Shown: positions 26,393 through 40,480, numbered from the whole stretch's first letter. The stretch: DNA of 63,208 nt, filler included, from Octopus bimaculoides (GCF_001194135.2; 6 parts of 5 records of this genome joined end to end with filler, not necessarily neighbours in it); one strand, 5' to 3'. Numbers and translations are program-made. The notes: generated by a model from the letters alone, not told the origin.

Positions 26393-26938
26393 TTATTTCT
26401 AAGACATAAATATGATTTGAAGGTGATTTGGTTGCTATTTCTAGCAGGTTAAGTGTATAGAAGGTCTTTCTTTGGATGAAATCTTGCTAGAATTGCTCTG
26501 GCTGTTGCTTGGTCCCAAGTGTCTTCAGACTATGTTAATCTATGACTACATCATACTTTGTGTCTTTTTTCTAAAACAGTTGGATGGAATTTGAAGGTGA
26601 ACGGTGGCATAGAGACTCCCTTGTTGGATCAAATCTTGATGCAGGAGAGGGAGTGTAAGTGGAGGAGATTGCTTTAATGTGTTGATCAAGCAATCATATT
26701 CACACAAGGAACTTAAATAGTACCAGAAAGAAAAAAGTTTTAGATTAATGCCTTACTGCATTGTTTTAATTTTTGATATTCAGGGCTGAAATATCAGCTA
26801 TATAAACAATTCATTATGGAAAGCAAGTGTAATAAATTGTTTAACACATATCTGCACTGTATGCAGACGTGTATGTATGATTTTATTAATTCATTTACAT
26901 ACATACAAAATGTGGGTGTGTGCATGTGTATGTGTTTG

Positions 26939-26974
<36 letters not shown>

Positions 26975-28291
26975 NNNNNNNNNNNNNNNNNNNNNNNNNN
27001 NNNNNNNNNNNNNNNNNNNNNNNNNNNNNNNNNNNNNNNNNNNNNNNNNNNNNNNNNNNNNNNNNNNNNNNNNNNNNNNNNNNNNNNNNNNNNNNNNNNN
27101 NNNNNNNNNNNNNNNNNNNNNNNNNNNNNNNNNNNNNNNNNNNNNNNNNNNNNNNNNNNNNNNNNNNNNNNNNNNNNNNNNNNNNNNNNNNNNNNNNNNN
27201 NNNNNNNNNNNNNNNNNNNNNNNNNNNNNNNNNNNNNNNNNNNNNNNNNNNNNNNNNNNNNNNNNNNNNNNNNNNNNNNNNNNNNNNNNNNNNNNNNNNN
27301 NNNNNNNNNNNNNNNNNNNNNTGTATATATATATACACATATATATATGTATATACGAACAAATATACATATATATGCATAATGCACATAAAATTTTATA
27401 TTGAATAAAATGTTTCAGATGTTTACTCATGCATTGTTTTCACTTAATATTATATTATTATTTGAAGCAATTTTATTATTATTTAATTAAATATTAAATA
27501 TTTCTGATTTTGTTCATGTAATTAAATTCATTTTCAGAAACGTTGAATATTTTGAGTCACACAAGAAATGTGAAATTTGATGTGTTTAATAGGTTATTAA
27601 TGTTTGTAGAAAACAAGAAATTGTAGCAGCTACATTTAGAAAGCTAATTCTGCTGCCAGGAGGTATTGCAGAGCAACAAAATCACAGGAAAAATATAGAC
27701 AAAATATGTGAAATGGAATAATTTGTCATTATTTTACATAATATCTCAAGAAAAATAGCAGCCTCATAGAAACATGATTTTCATGCTGAAACAGTGAAGT
27801 CAAATTATGTTGATTTTCAGGAGTCAACCTTTAATATGTTCAGATATTTCAAGATATTCTTTTGTTTTCATTTCTAGAAAATAAAAAGAATATTTACATA
27901 CTTTATTGTTTACACTTTAACTGTTAATGGTAAGTTTACTTAACTGTTTGTTGGTGCCACAAGGTGGAAGAACTCTTTTCAGTAAGCAACTGTAGCAGCA
28001 GAATTGACTATAAAACAGAGCAAGCATTTATATTTTTGTCATGGAATTAACAAAAGTGTTAACAAGATATCTCTACTTTTAAATCTATGCAATTTGCAAC
28101 ATAATATATGTTTTTATGTCAGGACATTGCTTTTATGTAGTTTGTTTGTTCATTCATTCATTCTTGGTGTTATTATTTGAATTCATCAGCAATGGAGAAA
28201 GACCCAGTTTCTAGTCTAGAAAGAGAACACGTTCATTGGAATTCAGGCAACATCACATGTATATATGTATATGTATGTATGTGTGTGTGTG

Positions 28292-28356
<65 letters not shown>

Positions 28357-28949
28357 TTTAAAAATAGTTTCAGCTCAGAGCTGCGGCCATGCTGATGCAC
28401 CACCATTGTATAATATATAAATATTAATATTTCTAAGTCTCTCTAAAGGAGACTACGGCAGCAGTAGTGGATATTAATAGNNNNNNNNNNNNNNNNNNNN
28501 NNNNNNNNNNNNNNNNNNNNNNNNNNNNNNNNNNNNNNNNNNNNNNNNNNNNNNNNNNNNNNNNNNNNNNNNNNNNNNNNNNNNNNNNNNNNNNNNNNNN
28601 NNNNNNNNNNNNNNNNNNNNNNNNNNNNNNNNNNNNNNNNNNNNNNNNNNNNNNNNNNNNNNNNNNNNNNNNNNNNNNNNNNNNNNNNNNNNNNNNNNNN
28701 NNNNNNNNNNNNNNNNNNNNNNNNNNNNNNNNNNNNNNNNNNNNNNNNNNNNNNNNNNNNNNNNNNNNNNNNNNNNNNNNNNNNNNNNNNNNNNNNNNNN
28801 NNNNNNNNNNNNNNNNNNNNNNNNNNNNNNNNNNNNNNNNNNNNNNNNNNNNNNNNNNNNNNNNNNNNTGTGAGTGGATTTGGTAGACAGAACCTGAAAG
28901 AAGCCTATTGTATATATATATATATAAATATATGTGTGTGTGTAAAGTC

Positions 28950-29404
28950 AATAGAGTAGAAAAATATAATGGATACTTGGTTTAAATTATTAGTATTACA
29001 ATGAAAAAGTAATACATATAAGATTCAGAATATAAAGGGACTGGATCAACAAAAGAAAAAACAAAAAAATCTTACATCTGTTTCAATCCAGCTTTAGGTT
29101 TGAATTATCATCATTGAAGCTATTTTAGATGTGAAAAAGAAAAACACATTTAGTTGGTTATCTTCACCTAAAACTACACATCTATCCCTGAAGATAGCTG
29201 ACAAAATGTGATTTTTTTTACATTAAAAATAGCTTGAACGCTGATAATTCAAACCTAAAACTGGATTGAAAGACATGTAGGATTCTATTGGTTATTTCTT
29301 TTGTTTACCTGGTCCTTTTATATCCTGAATCTTATATGTATTACATTTTCATTGTGATACTAATAAATTTAACCAAATATCCAATATATTTTTTCTTCTC
29401 TATT
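28950..29404. repeat. 455-bp imperfect palindrome (fold-back or MITE-like): ~215-bp arms, 22-nt loop
   Basis: Left arm AATAGAGTAGAAAAATATAATGGATACTTGGTTTAAATTATTAG... is the reverse complement of ...CTAATAAATTTAACCAAATATCCAATATATTTTTTCTTCTCTATT. Inner TATCTTCA pairs with TGAAGATA around loop 29167-29188. Confidence 0.9.
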
Positions 29405-30407
29405 TCCATTTGTTAACTTTACACATTATTGGACTGTTTATGCATATATATATTGTGGAACTTTCAATATATTTGATAACACAGTTGGTATCTGGATTGT
29501 TATAAATGATCCCTTACGACAAAATCGAATCTTCATTACTTGAATTATATATGTGTGTGTGTGTATGTGTGTCTTTGTGTCTGTATTTGTCCCCACCACT
29601 ATCGCTTGACAACTGATGTTGATACCTTTATGTCTCTGTAACTTACTGCTTTGACAAAAGAAACCTCCAGAATAAGTACTAGCCTTACAAAGAATAAGTC
29701 CTGAGATTGATTTCTTCAACTAAAGCCCTTTAAAGCAGTGCTTCAGCATGGCCACAGTCAAAATGACTGAAACATGCAAAAGAATAAAAGAATATATTAA
29801 TATATATATATCCCTCTCTCTCTCTCTCTCTCTGGGAGAGAGGCACAAGCACATACACAGACATATACACACACGGCAGTAACTTCCGCCCATCTATATC
29901 CACTACCACCACCACCANNNNNNNNNNNNNNNNNNNNNNNNNNNNNNNNNNNNNNNNNNNNNNNNNNNNNNNNNNNNNNNNNNNNNNNNNNNNNNNNNNN
30001 NNNNNNNNNNNNNNNNNNNNNNNNNNNNNNNNNNNNNNNNNNNNNNNNNNNNNNNNNNNNNNNNNNNNNNNNNNNNNNNNNNNNNNNNNNNNNNNNNNNN
30101 NNNNNNNNNNNNNNNNNNNNNNNNNNNNNNNNNNNNNNNNNNNNNNNNNNNNNNNNNNNNNNNNNNNNNNNNNNNNNNNNNNNNNNNNNNNNNNNNNNNN
30201 NNNNNNNNNNNNNNNNNNNNNNNNNNNNNNNNNNNNNNNNNNNNNNNNNNNNNNNNNNNNNNNNNNNNNNNNNNNNNNNNNNNNNNNNNNNNNNNNNNNN
30301 NNNNNNNNNNNNNNNNNNNNNNNNNNNNNNNNNNNNNNNNNNNNNATATATATATGCATATCTGTGTGTGTATGAGCACATGTATGCATGTACACATGTA
30401 AACGTGC

Positions 30408-30441
<34 letters not shown>

Positions 30442-31527
30442 GTATGTAAGTGTGCATACATCAAATTCTTACAGAGAAAGAAATAGAGTGAGAGGGGGAG
30501 AGGGAGAGCGAGGCAGAGGAAGAGGGAGAGAACTTTATGTATATATCTTTTCTCATTAACACCTTATACTTCTAAGAGATAGCTCGATAAATAGGCATTT
30601 AGGCTCTAAAAGGAATTACATTAAATTTGAATTTTTGTACTGACTGAAATGTCACTTTAATTTAGAGATGCAAAGCTTTGCTAATAAAAAAATTAAATAT
30701 AAAAATAGTTTTTCCCTCTGATATAAGAAAATTACATTGCTTCTTACCTAAATGACAGTAGCATTTTGCTTTTTGAAGATGTATGAAAGAGGGGAACTGG
30801 AAGTAAGCAAATGTTATTTTTCTCATCCTATTACCTACAGAATGTATGTATGGTGTGGGTAGGTGTTGCAAAGAAACAAATAAAAAAAGCAAAAATGAAA
30901 ATAGCAAAAGAGTAGAAATTCATTTCTTAACCACTTAAAATTAATGAAATCAATTTATGTATCAAATAGCCACTAATGAAAATACTTTCAAAGCAAAATA
31001 GCAATCTAAATAATTAAAATACAATAATGGTGGTGGTAATAGTGTTATTGATAATGATGGTTGTAATGGTGGTGAGGGGTTATACAGATGATGATGATGA
31101 TGATGATAACAATGTTGGTAATGATGGTGGTGGCAATGAAGGCAGAAGAGGGATGAAGGTGAAACATTATCTCTGAATTAATTAAGCTTGACGAAGAACA
31201 TTTGTCAGACTATATAGTTCTGTAATATTTAATTAATTTAAATGCTGAGTTGCAGTTCCATGTTCTCTTTTCAACAATTTGCTTCCACAAGCACAATTTC
31301 AACCTAATACAATAGTTCACATACTTCTTTTCATATAAATACACTACATAATCACACACATATGCACACACATGCACATAAATATACATTCAAGTAAGCA
31401 ATGCTTATATATAAGTGTCTATATGTATTTATGTATGTATATATCTAGATATCCATCGATCCACATGTATTTATCTAGCTGCCTGTATGTATGTTTGTTT
31501 GTCTGTGTGTCTATCTATCTATTATTC

Positions 31528-31561
<34 letters not shown>

Positions 31562-31574
31562 CAAAGTCCTTAAA

Positions 31575-31717
31575 TGCAAAAGACAACACAAATCTTTGAA
31601 AACATTATTAGCCAATTCCAAACTACATACACCACTTCCACCCCCATCAGTTAAAAAATGTGCACGCCCTAATTGTGGCACCTGCCCCTACCTACTTGAA
31701 GGCTCTGAATTTACCTT
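31575..31717 (+). mobile_element. Penelope-like element fragment (Cys-rich linker upstream of GIY-YIG)
   Basis: KRQHKSLKTLLANSKLHTPLPPPSVKKCARPNCGTCPYLLEGSEFT matches the PLE pattern RQP.NL..LL..SKL...C..P.C.TCP; runs into an N gap. Confidence 0.75.
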
Positions 31718-31817
31718 NNNNNNNNNNNNNNNNNNNNNNNNNNNNNNNNNNNNNNNNNNNNTTAATTAATTAANNNNNNNNNNNNNNNNNNNNNNNNNNN
31801 NNNNNNNNNNNNNNNNN

Positions 31818-31849
<32 letters not shown>

Positions 31850-32565
31850 CATATCTATACATAGATATATACGCATGTATGCATGTATGTATACATAGAG
31901 AGAGCGCGGGGGGAGAGAGGAAGAGAGAAAACGAATGAATGAAAGATATTAGAATACAAATATGCTTAAGTGTATGCGTATATAATGCATACACACGTAA
32001 TTATATGTTTGTGTGTACATGCGTGTGATTATGTATACGTATATATGTACATTTAGATGTTCATACACAGATGTACATATCTGTGTGTGTGGTGGGAGAC
32101 GTTTGAATATATATATGTGTGTGTGTGCCTGTGTTCGCGTGTGAGAGTATATATACCTATTAGATGATACAGAACTAGCCATATGCACCGGTGCATGCAT
32201 TGTGTACTCCCCAAAGTGTCTGCAATCGATGCAAGCTTCGCAGTGATTTCATATTAATGAAAGTTTTCTGTAAAGACGGAAAGTTCTGATTGACTTGGAA
32301 GAAAGAAAAAAAGAGAAAAAAGATGAAAAATAAAACAAAATCAACAAACAAATAAATAAATAAATAAAAGGCCATATTGAAGTAGTCGCTAATATTGCTG
32401 TTGCTGGTGTTGTTGTTGTTGTTGTTGTTGTTGATGCTGTTGATATTACTACTCCTGTGGTTGTTACTAATATTCTTAGCCTTGTTACTGTTGCTGCTGT
32501 TGTGTTCACTATTGTTTTTGGTTTTATTATTATTATTATCATTATTATTATCATCATCATCATCA

Positions 32566-32629
<64 letters not shown>

Positions 32630-32669
32630 CATCATCATCATCATCCTCATCATCCTCATCATCATCATC

Positions 32670-32708
<39 letters not shown>

Positions 32709-32712
32709 GTCG

Positions 32713-32807
<95 letters not shown>

Positions 32808-32897
32808 GTTATTATTATTATTGTGTTATTTTAGAAGTTGTTTCCTATATTTATTTCGTTTTGCTATTCTGTAGCTTTTGCCGCTATTTTGTTACTG

Positions 32898-32972
<75 letters not shown>

Positions 32973-33329
32973 TTTCGTGTTCTTTAAATGTTACTGTTTT
33001 CATCTTGTTGGTGTTTTTTTTTTGCGTGTTATTTTTGATGTTGCTCCTGCTGTGCTTTTCTTTGTTTTTTACTAATATTCTTCTTCTTCTTCATGTTGCT
33101 GTTGTCCATGTTATTGCCGCTGTTGCTTTCTCACTGCACATATTGTTATTGTTGTTGTTGTTGTTATTTCCTGCAATTGCTGTTGTTTTTGATGGTCCTA
33201 TAGTTGTTGTTAATATTGCTGTTGTTGCCGTTGTCGTCGTCGTCTGTCGTTGCTGCTGCTGCTGCTCCTCCCGCTTCTGCCCCTTGTTGATGTGATTATT
33301 ACAGAAACGTTAAAGTATAGGACAAAATA

Positions 33330-34450
33330 TCTTGGGATATTACTTCCTGCTCTCTACGTTCTAAGTTCAAATCACGACCATGTCAAGTTTACTTTTCATC
33401 TCTCCAGGGTCGATGAAATTAAGTACCAATGAAGTCCTTAGGTCAACAGCATCCACTGACTTACTTGTGGAGGCGCGTGGCTTAGTAGTTAGAGTGTCAG
33501 ACTCATGACCGTAAGATTGTGATTTCGATTCCTGGACCAGGTGATGAGTTGCGGTCTTGAGCAAAGCACTTCATTTCATGTTGTTTCAGTCCATTCAGGT
33601 GTAGAAATGAGAACCACTTGTGAAGGTGCGTCACTTAGTGATTAGAGTGGTGCTGGATTCATGACCGTAAGATTGTGGTTTCAACCCCTGGGCCGGGTGA
33701 TCTGTTGTGTTCTTGAGAAGCAAACACTTCATTTCACGTTGCTCCAGTTCACTCAGGTGGCAAAAATTAGGAACCCTACGATGGATCGGCGTTCCGTCCA
33801 GGTGGGGAACCTAAAAACCATGGTAACTGGGAAACTGGGCCCTTATGAGTCGGCATAATTCGAGGCGATAACTTTACTTTTACTGACTTTACTAACCGGC
33901 TCGTCTTAAACTTATTGCTTTTGTGAAACCATCATTATTATTATTGATTTGTTGTTTTCGTCCGTCTTTTGCGTTGTGAGTTCAAACGCCACCGAGGTCA
34001 ACTTTGACTTTCATCCTTTCGGAAATAAGTACCAATGGAGCCTGGCGACTGCGTAATCGACAATCTCCTTCCTCTCAAATTTCAGGCTTCATGCCTATAG
34101 TAGAAAGGATTGTTATTTTTGTTTTATTGTTTCCATCCGTCTTTACGTTCTGAGATCAAATACTGCCAAGGTCGACTTTGGCTTCATCTTTTCCATAAAA
34201 TAAGTATCGGTTGAGCAATGGGACCCTCTTCCAGAGTTTTAAGCCTTCTCGCTATAGCAGAAAGTATTATTATTATTATTTTGCTGTTTTCGTCCGTATT
34301 TGCGTTCTCAGTTCAAATGTCACCAAGTTCGACTTTGCCTTTCATCCTTTCGGGGTCGATTAAAATAAGTACCATTTCAGCACTGGGGTCGATATAACTG
34401 ACTGGCCCCCGCCTCTAAAAGCTTGCAGCCAGTGTTCATATAGTAGAAAG
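33330..34450 (+). mobile_element. Head-to-tail cluster of about six truncated SINEs (families B and C)
   Basis: Repeated GTTCTGAGTTCAAAT...GAGGTCGACTTTGCCTTTCATCC blocks (33350, 33970, 34145, 34300) and two GACTCATGACCGTAAGATTGTG blocks (33500, 33655). Confidence 0.85.
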
Positions 34451-34782
34451 CTTATTGTTCTGTTGTTTTTATTTTTATTAATACTATTTTTATAAATTAT
34501 GTCCTTCTTTGTTTATTGTTACTGTTTAACCCCAGTACTGCCTTCATCAATCTGATCTAAGACCGTAGGCGCTGCAGCAATAACTCCCGGCTGTTATTTT
34601 CAAATAAAACTTTAATTGACATTCCAAAATTCGCGTAATATTTAAGGGTGATCTGGTTGTTAAAAATATATACGTTAGCGAGCGAGGCAGTAGTAATATC
34701 GAGAGGTAATATTTAGTCCCACTTAAACGCGGATATGTTCTTAGAATAAACTTAACTTATATTTGGTTTTTGGCACAAAATG

Positions 34783-34957
34783 CACAGGCGCGGGAGTGGC
34801 TGTGTGGTAAGTAGCTTGGTTACCAACCACATGGTTCTGGATTCAGTCCCACTGCGTGGCACCTTGGGCAAGTGTCTTCTACTATAGCCTCGGGCCGACC
34901 AAAGCCTTGTGAGTGGATTTGGTAGACGGAAACTGAAAGAAGCCCGTCGTATATATG

Positions 34958-35014
<57 letters not shown>

Positions 35015-35215
35015 TTGTGTGTCTGTGTTTGTCCCCCCAACATCGCTTGGCAACCGATGCTGGTGTGTTTACGTCCCCGTAACTTAACGGTACGGCAAAA
35101 AGAGGCCGATAGAATAAGTACTAAGGTCTGGGGTCGATTTTCTCGACTAAAGGCGGTGCTCCAGCATGGCTGTAGTCAAATGACTGAAACAAGTAAAAGA
35201 GTAAAAGAGTAAAGA
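34783..35215 (+). mobile_element. tRNA-derived SINE, family 'A', full length, CpG-intact
   Basis: CACAGGCGCGGGAGTGGCTGTGTGGTAAG head through the ...GAAACAAGTAAAAGAGTAAAAGAG tail. Confidence 0.9.
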
Positions 35216-35861
35216 GTAAGAGCTTGTTTACATCACTAGCGGGGAGATAAATCACGCCCAACTCCAACGCCGAGATCACCATGAGACGTGACATCCCACC
35301 TACCTTGGTCTCATCGCTGATCTCGACGCTAGAGTTAATAAGGACTTGTGTCCTCGCTAAGCGTGCACTAAAGGTCTATATGAGACTTTCTTTCAGAAAA
35401 TCTATCGCAATAAGGTTAGTTCTAGTAGAACAGTCACGTTTAAGTAGAAATAAATATAACATCTGGTTACTATTTCTAGCAGACACAATGACCATTTAAA
35501 CTACTACCCATCATCGGTTCGTGTTGTTGTTTCTACTTTACTATATGATTTATGTATTTATTTGTTGTTGTTAATCTTAATTTTGTTCGTCTTGTCTTTA
35601 CACTTGTTCCAGATGTTGTTGTTCTTGTATTTGTGTTGTTGTTGTTGTTTTAGTTCTTATTGTTGTTGCATGAGTGAACTTTTTATATATTAATTTGCTT
35701 GCTAGACAGCTGTTCGTCTACGCTAGCTTTAGGTATCAATTTATTCTCGTAAGTAACTTAAAATTTCCCAGTAGACTTTGTGCTTTCTGGAGTTGAGCAT
35801 TTGCTAGCTCGTCATTTTTCCAACTAATGCATCACCATCACTGTCATCATTACCATCACTG

Positions 35862-35894
<33 letters not shown>

Positions 35895-36278
35895 CCACCA
35901 CCACCGTTTTTATTATTATTATTACTCGTATTATTATTATTATCATCATCATCATCATCATTATTATTATTATTATTATTATTTGACATATATTTTATGG
36001 TACTTTTATGTTAATTTTTATAAAATTATTTTCTCGGTATAGCTGTTTCTGTGACTCTTCATTTTTAGAGTAACACACACACACACACGCACACACACAC
36101 ATACACACAAACATAGGTACACACACAGGTACACACACACATATATATATATATGCATATATATGTATATACATATATATATGCGTATACATACACATAT
36201 ATATTTATGTATATATATATATATATATAGGCATATACATACATATTTATATGCATACATATATATGTATATGTATAT

Positions 36279-36367
<89 letters not shown>

Positions 36368-37699
36368 TATAAGGAGAAAAAGAAAAGAAGACATCGGTAG
36401 AAAGTCGAACAAAGTGACTAACATGTTTAATTACATTCTATGTTCAAATCCCATTGGTGTTAAATACTTTGAATTTTATTCCTTTTGGGCCAAAGTATCA
36501 GTTGATAATAATATTCTTGGAGTGTATCAACTGTTCAACGGCTGTGCTTCTGTATAAAAAGTTTGAATTCGTATCATATAATAAATCATTATATATTCTT
36601 GTTCTTATCCATAGCGTTGTTGCTTCGGCAGTATTTGTTTCGATAAAGCAACATAAGAACAGAAATTCGAAAACTCTGCGCGCGCGCTCGTGTGTGTGTG
36701 CGTGTGTGCGCGCGTGTATAAACATATATATGATGTAAATCGATTCAGTAATGAGTAGGGTCATTATTTGTTAATGAAATGCAAAGCATTGGTGACTTTT
36801 AAGCCTGCTGATGGTTGTCACCTTCTACAACCCTACAGCAACTGTTTTATGAATGTCTCTTCTCCGTTAAATGCTATGCAGAATTATGACAATTGATACT
36901 GTTTACAAATATGTGTCCTTTCAGACTAGTAATATAAAGAAAGCTTAAATGTTGTCTTTATACTGGATAAAACTGCACACAATATAAGTATACCTCTGCT
37001 TGCAAACACATGTACAAGCACGATAAGTACACTTGTGAATGAGCATGTGTATGAGAGCACACGCGCGCGTACTTAAAGACAGTTTTCAGACAAAATAACC
37101 CATATGCTGGTGGAAGCAAAAGATGTATCCTATGTATCACAGATCTGTACAAAATATTAACAGTCTAAGCATTAAAATAAAGAGGATATATCAAACATTC
37201 TCTAAGCGCATACACTGATAAAAATGTAGTCATTAGTTTCTCTGATACACAATTTCTTTAACGGAATTTCACAAAATACTTTCTTTAAAATATACATGCA
37301 ATGATGATATCAGTAAAGACATTTGCTTCTACACAATAATTATTTAGTGATCGTCTCTTCTAATTATCAATTCCCGCCTTATCTCAGTGAATGTTTACTG
37401 TTTTCCATCAGTTACATCATCCGTATATTATGCCGTTACATAAACAACACACAAACTGCGATGATGATTGTAATTAATGTGTGAGGTAGTCTGCTCAAGT
37501 GTCATATTTTATTTTCGTTATATTTACGATGTAAGAAACGGCATTCGACTCGAAAGGAAACAGTAACAGCCTATAAATAAATTATAATACATATATGCAT
37601 GTATTAATAATATATATTTTCATTCGTTTACTCTATTACACGTTCCAGCCCAAAGGTTGCGACCATGCTGGGACACCACCATATCACCATATCAATGGC

Positions 37700-38075
37700 C
37701 ATTATTGTGCAATTGGCTTTTAGTGAAGGAGGCATTTCGACACAGCCACCCTCTTTCGAGTTTCTTACTGTGATGTAGGTTCGTCTGAGACCTTCGACAG
37801 CAGGAGGTCGATTTGTTTCTTGAAAACTTCTAACCCTACGCCATGAAGATCCCTCAGATGTTTCGGTAAGGTATTAGGTAACCATGGGCCATTTAATCCC
37901 AAGCTAGACTGCATAGATAGGACCTTTGGAACAGTCCAGTGACGTCCAGTTCTGGGCAGGTATAGCTCACGATGCCAAATGTTGGTGTCATTCTCTCTAG
38001 GATTTTCCATATGTATATCACTGTTTATCACTCCCATCTTCGCTCCAGGGAGTAGAGTCGTAACTTTTTTCATTC
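37700..38075 (-). mobile_element. CR1-clade LINE, 3' end
   Basis: Minus strand reads ...NGPWLPNTLPKHLRDLHGVGLEVFKKQIDLLLSKVSDEP, the typical CR1 terminal motif LFN.LP..IR......V..FK..LD..L..VPDEP. Confidence 0.85.
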
Positions 38076-38230
38076 TGTCTCAGTAACTGAGCCGTTCCAT
38101 TGATGCATGGTGCCCCAGCACGATCCCAGCTTCGAAACGGAAACAATTAAGAGATTTAAAGATTAAAGATTTATATGTGTATGTGTGTGTGTATGTGTGT
38201 GTGTATAATACACACACACACACATACACA

Positions 38231-38280
<50 letters not shown>

Positions 38281-39543
38281 CATACATACATATACACACA
38301 CACACACATACATATATATACATACACACACACACACANNNNNNNNNNNNNNNNNNNNNNNNNNNNNNNNNNNNNNNNNNNNNNNNNNNNNNNNNNNNNN
38401 NNNNNNNNNNNNNNNNNNNNNNNNNNNNNNNNNNNNNNNNNNNNNNNNNNNNNNNNNNNNNNNNNNNNNNNNNNNNNNNNNNNNNNNNNNNNNNNNNNNN
38501 NNNNNNNNNNNNNNNNNNNNNNNNNNNNNNNNNNNNNNNNNNNNNNNNNNNNNNNNNNNNNNNNNNNNNNNNNNNNNNNNNNNNNNNNNNNNNNNNNNNN
38601 NNNNNNNNNNNNNNNNNNNNNNNNNNNNNNNNNNNNNNNNNNNNNNNNNNNNNNNNNNNNNNNNNNNNNNNNNNNNNNNNNNNNNNNNNNNNNNNNNNNN
38701 NNNNNNNNNNNNNNNNNNNNNNNNNNNNNNNNNCTTCAGGGAAATGAAGAAATGAAACTCCTCAATGAGACATTTTAACAGAATATGATGGATATGTATA
38801 GTGATTAACTGAACGCTATTAAGTTTGTTTTAATAGGAAAAACGTTAAAGGATATAACGTCAAAGGTAGCCTATAGAAAGAGGAGGGGTAAAGGAAAGAA
38901 AAAAAACCAAATAAATGAGAAGTATATAACGATATGCAAATTAAATAAGACCCTATAGTCTTGGAAAAAATATATTTAGTGAATGTGAAATGTAAGAAGA
39001 AAATTCAATGTTTAAATTATATATAATGATAGATATCACTTATATGAAATAAAGGTGTGTTTCTGCCAATGTTTACATCGGTATGCACGCTCTATAACCG
39101 TGTTTACAAGGGGATTTTTAGAAAGAAAAGAATGAAAAATAGTTCAGAATTACAGAGAAGACAGAATTCCTTGCTTTTATCATAAGGTATCGAAGAATGA
39201 GAATTAGGAGAAAAAAAGGGAAAAGAACTTTTTGAGTAACAAATAGAATATAGAGAGACAGATGGATGGATGGATGGATGGATGGATGGATGGATGGATG
39301 GACGGACGGTCGGACGAACGGACGGAAAGACGGACAGTCAGACAGACAGATGGACGAACGGACAGACATACTGGACGGACGGACGGACAGACAGACAGAT
39401 GGTCGGACGGACAGATGTACACATACAGACACACACTTACACACACATGACAGAAGTAAATAGAAGCCCTTATAATTATTAAAATGTATTTAAATCTCAA
39501 ATTATAGATTGAAATTATTTATTGATTGTTATAATGTAAATAT

Positions 39544-40480
39544 TTAATATATAGTAGCCATGCCCTTTGCATTTTTCAATGCAAAGACCCTATTAGGCAT
39601 GTCACTGATAATATGATGAATATTCTCTTGCGGAATTTCTTGCCACGTTTCATGCAGTACTCTCAAAATATTTGGCTCTGAAGATGCGCTCTTGTTTTTT
39701 TTATAAAGCGTCTTGTTCATTATGTCCCAGTGGTTCCCAGTAGTGTTCATATTTGATGACTGGCTTGGCCATGGAAGTTTTTTAATGCCATTCTCATCCA
39801 ACAAATCTTGGGTCATTTTAGCCGTATGACAAAGCCCCCATCTTCCATAAATAAAGAGTCCTCTTTAATCATTTCACCACTGGAGAAGATTGGGAGGAAT
39901 CCTTTCTGCCATATGGACTCCACAAGCTCTGATCAACCATTGCACCAAATAGGCTCCCAAAGCATCATAGAATAGCTGCCGTGTTTCATTGTTGGATGCA
40001 ATCGCTTCCCATCAAAATCTTGATCACAGAGTCTCCAAACCCACACTCGACCACTGTGTAGAAATATAGCAAATCTGAACTCATCAGAGAATATGACAGT
40101 GTCCCAAAATCCTAGTGGTCTCTCCACCATCTCACAGGCCCAATATTTTCTCCACTTGATGTTGGTTGGTCGAAGAAGTTGCTTCCTTCTTGCTGCCCTG
40201 TCATAGTAACCAAAATTGTGAAGATACTTGGTAGCTGTTCTGAGTCTGACGTCAACTTGTTCTGCTATGACAGCGGTCTTGCAACGAGGATTATCCTTCA
40301 CACTTCTCTTAACAAAGAGAAGGGTCCTGTCAGAGAGGTCCTGGATGATCTGGGCGAGGTGATGTGAACTCCTTCCCCTCTCTGGTGAATTACACAATCA
40401 CTCCATTAACTATAGAAAGTGGGATCCCAAGATTTTCTGCGATTTTTACGCTGAATACGTCCACCTTCAGAATGACCCCC
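39544..40480 (-). pseudogene. Tc1-family transposase pseudogene, nearly full length
   Basis: N-terminal HTH (ELSECQRGVIL...IAENLGIPLSIV), WDTVIFSDEFRF (first D), PTMKHGSYSMMLW, FMEDGA (second D), WPSQSSNMNTTGNHW (WPxxSPDLNPIENxW with the E lost), and C-terminal MPNRVFALKNAKGMATIY. Contains stops and frameshifts. Confidence 0.92.

Noticed and set aside
33330-34450. Regularly recurring similar blocks suggestive of a CRISPR-like array
   Set aside because: The units are 100-200-bp eukaryotic SINE fragments with irregular spacing; no cas genes, and the context is metazoan.
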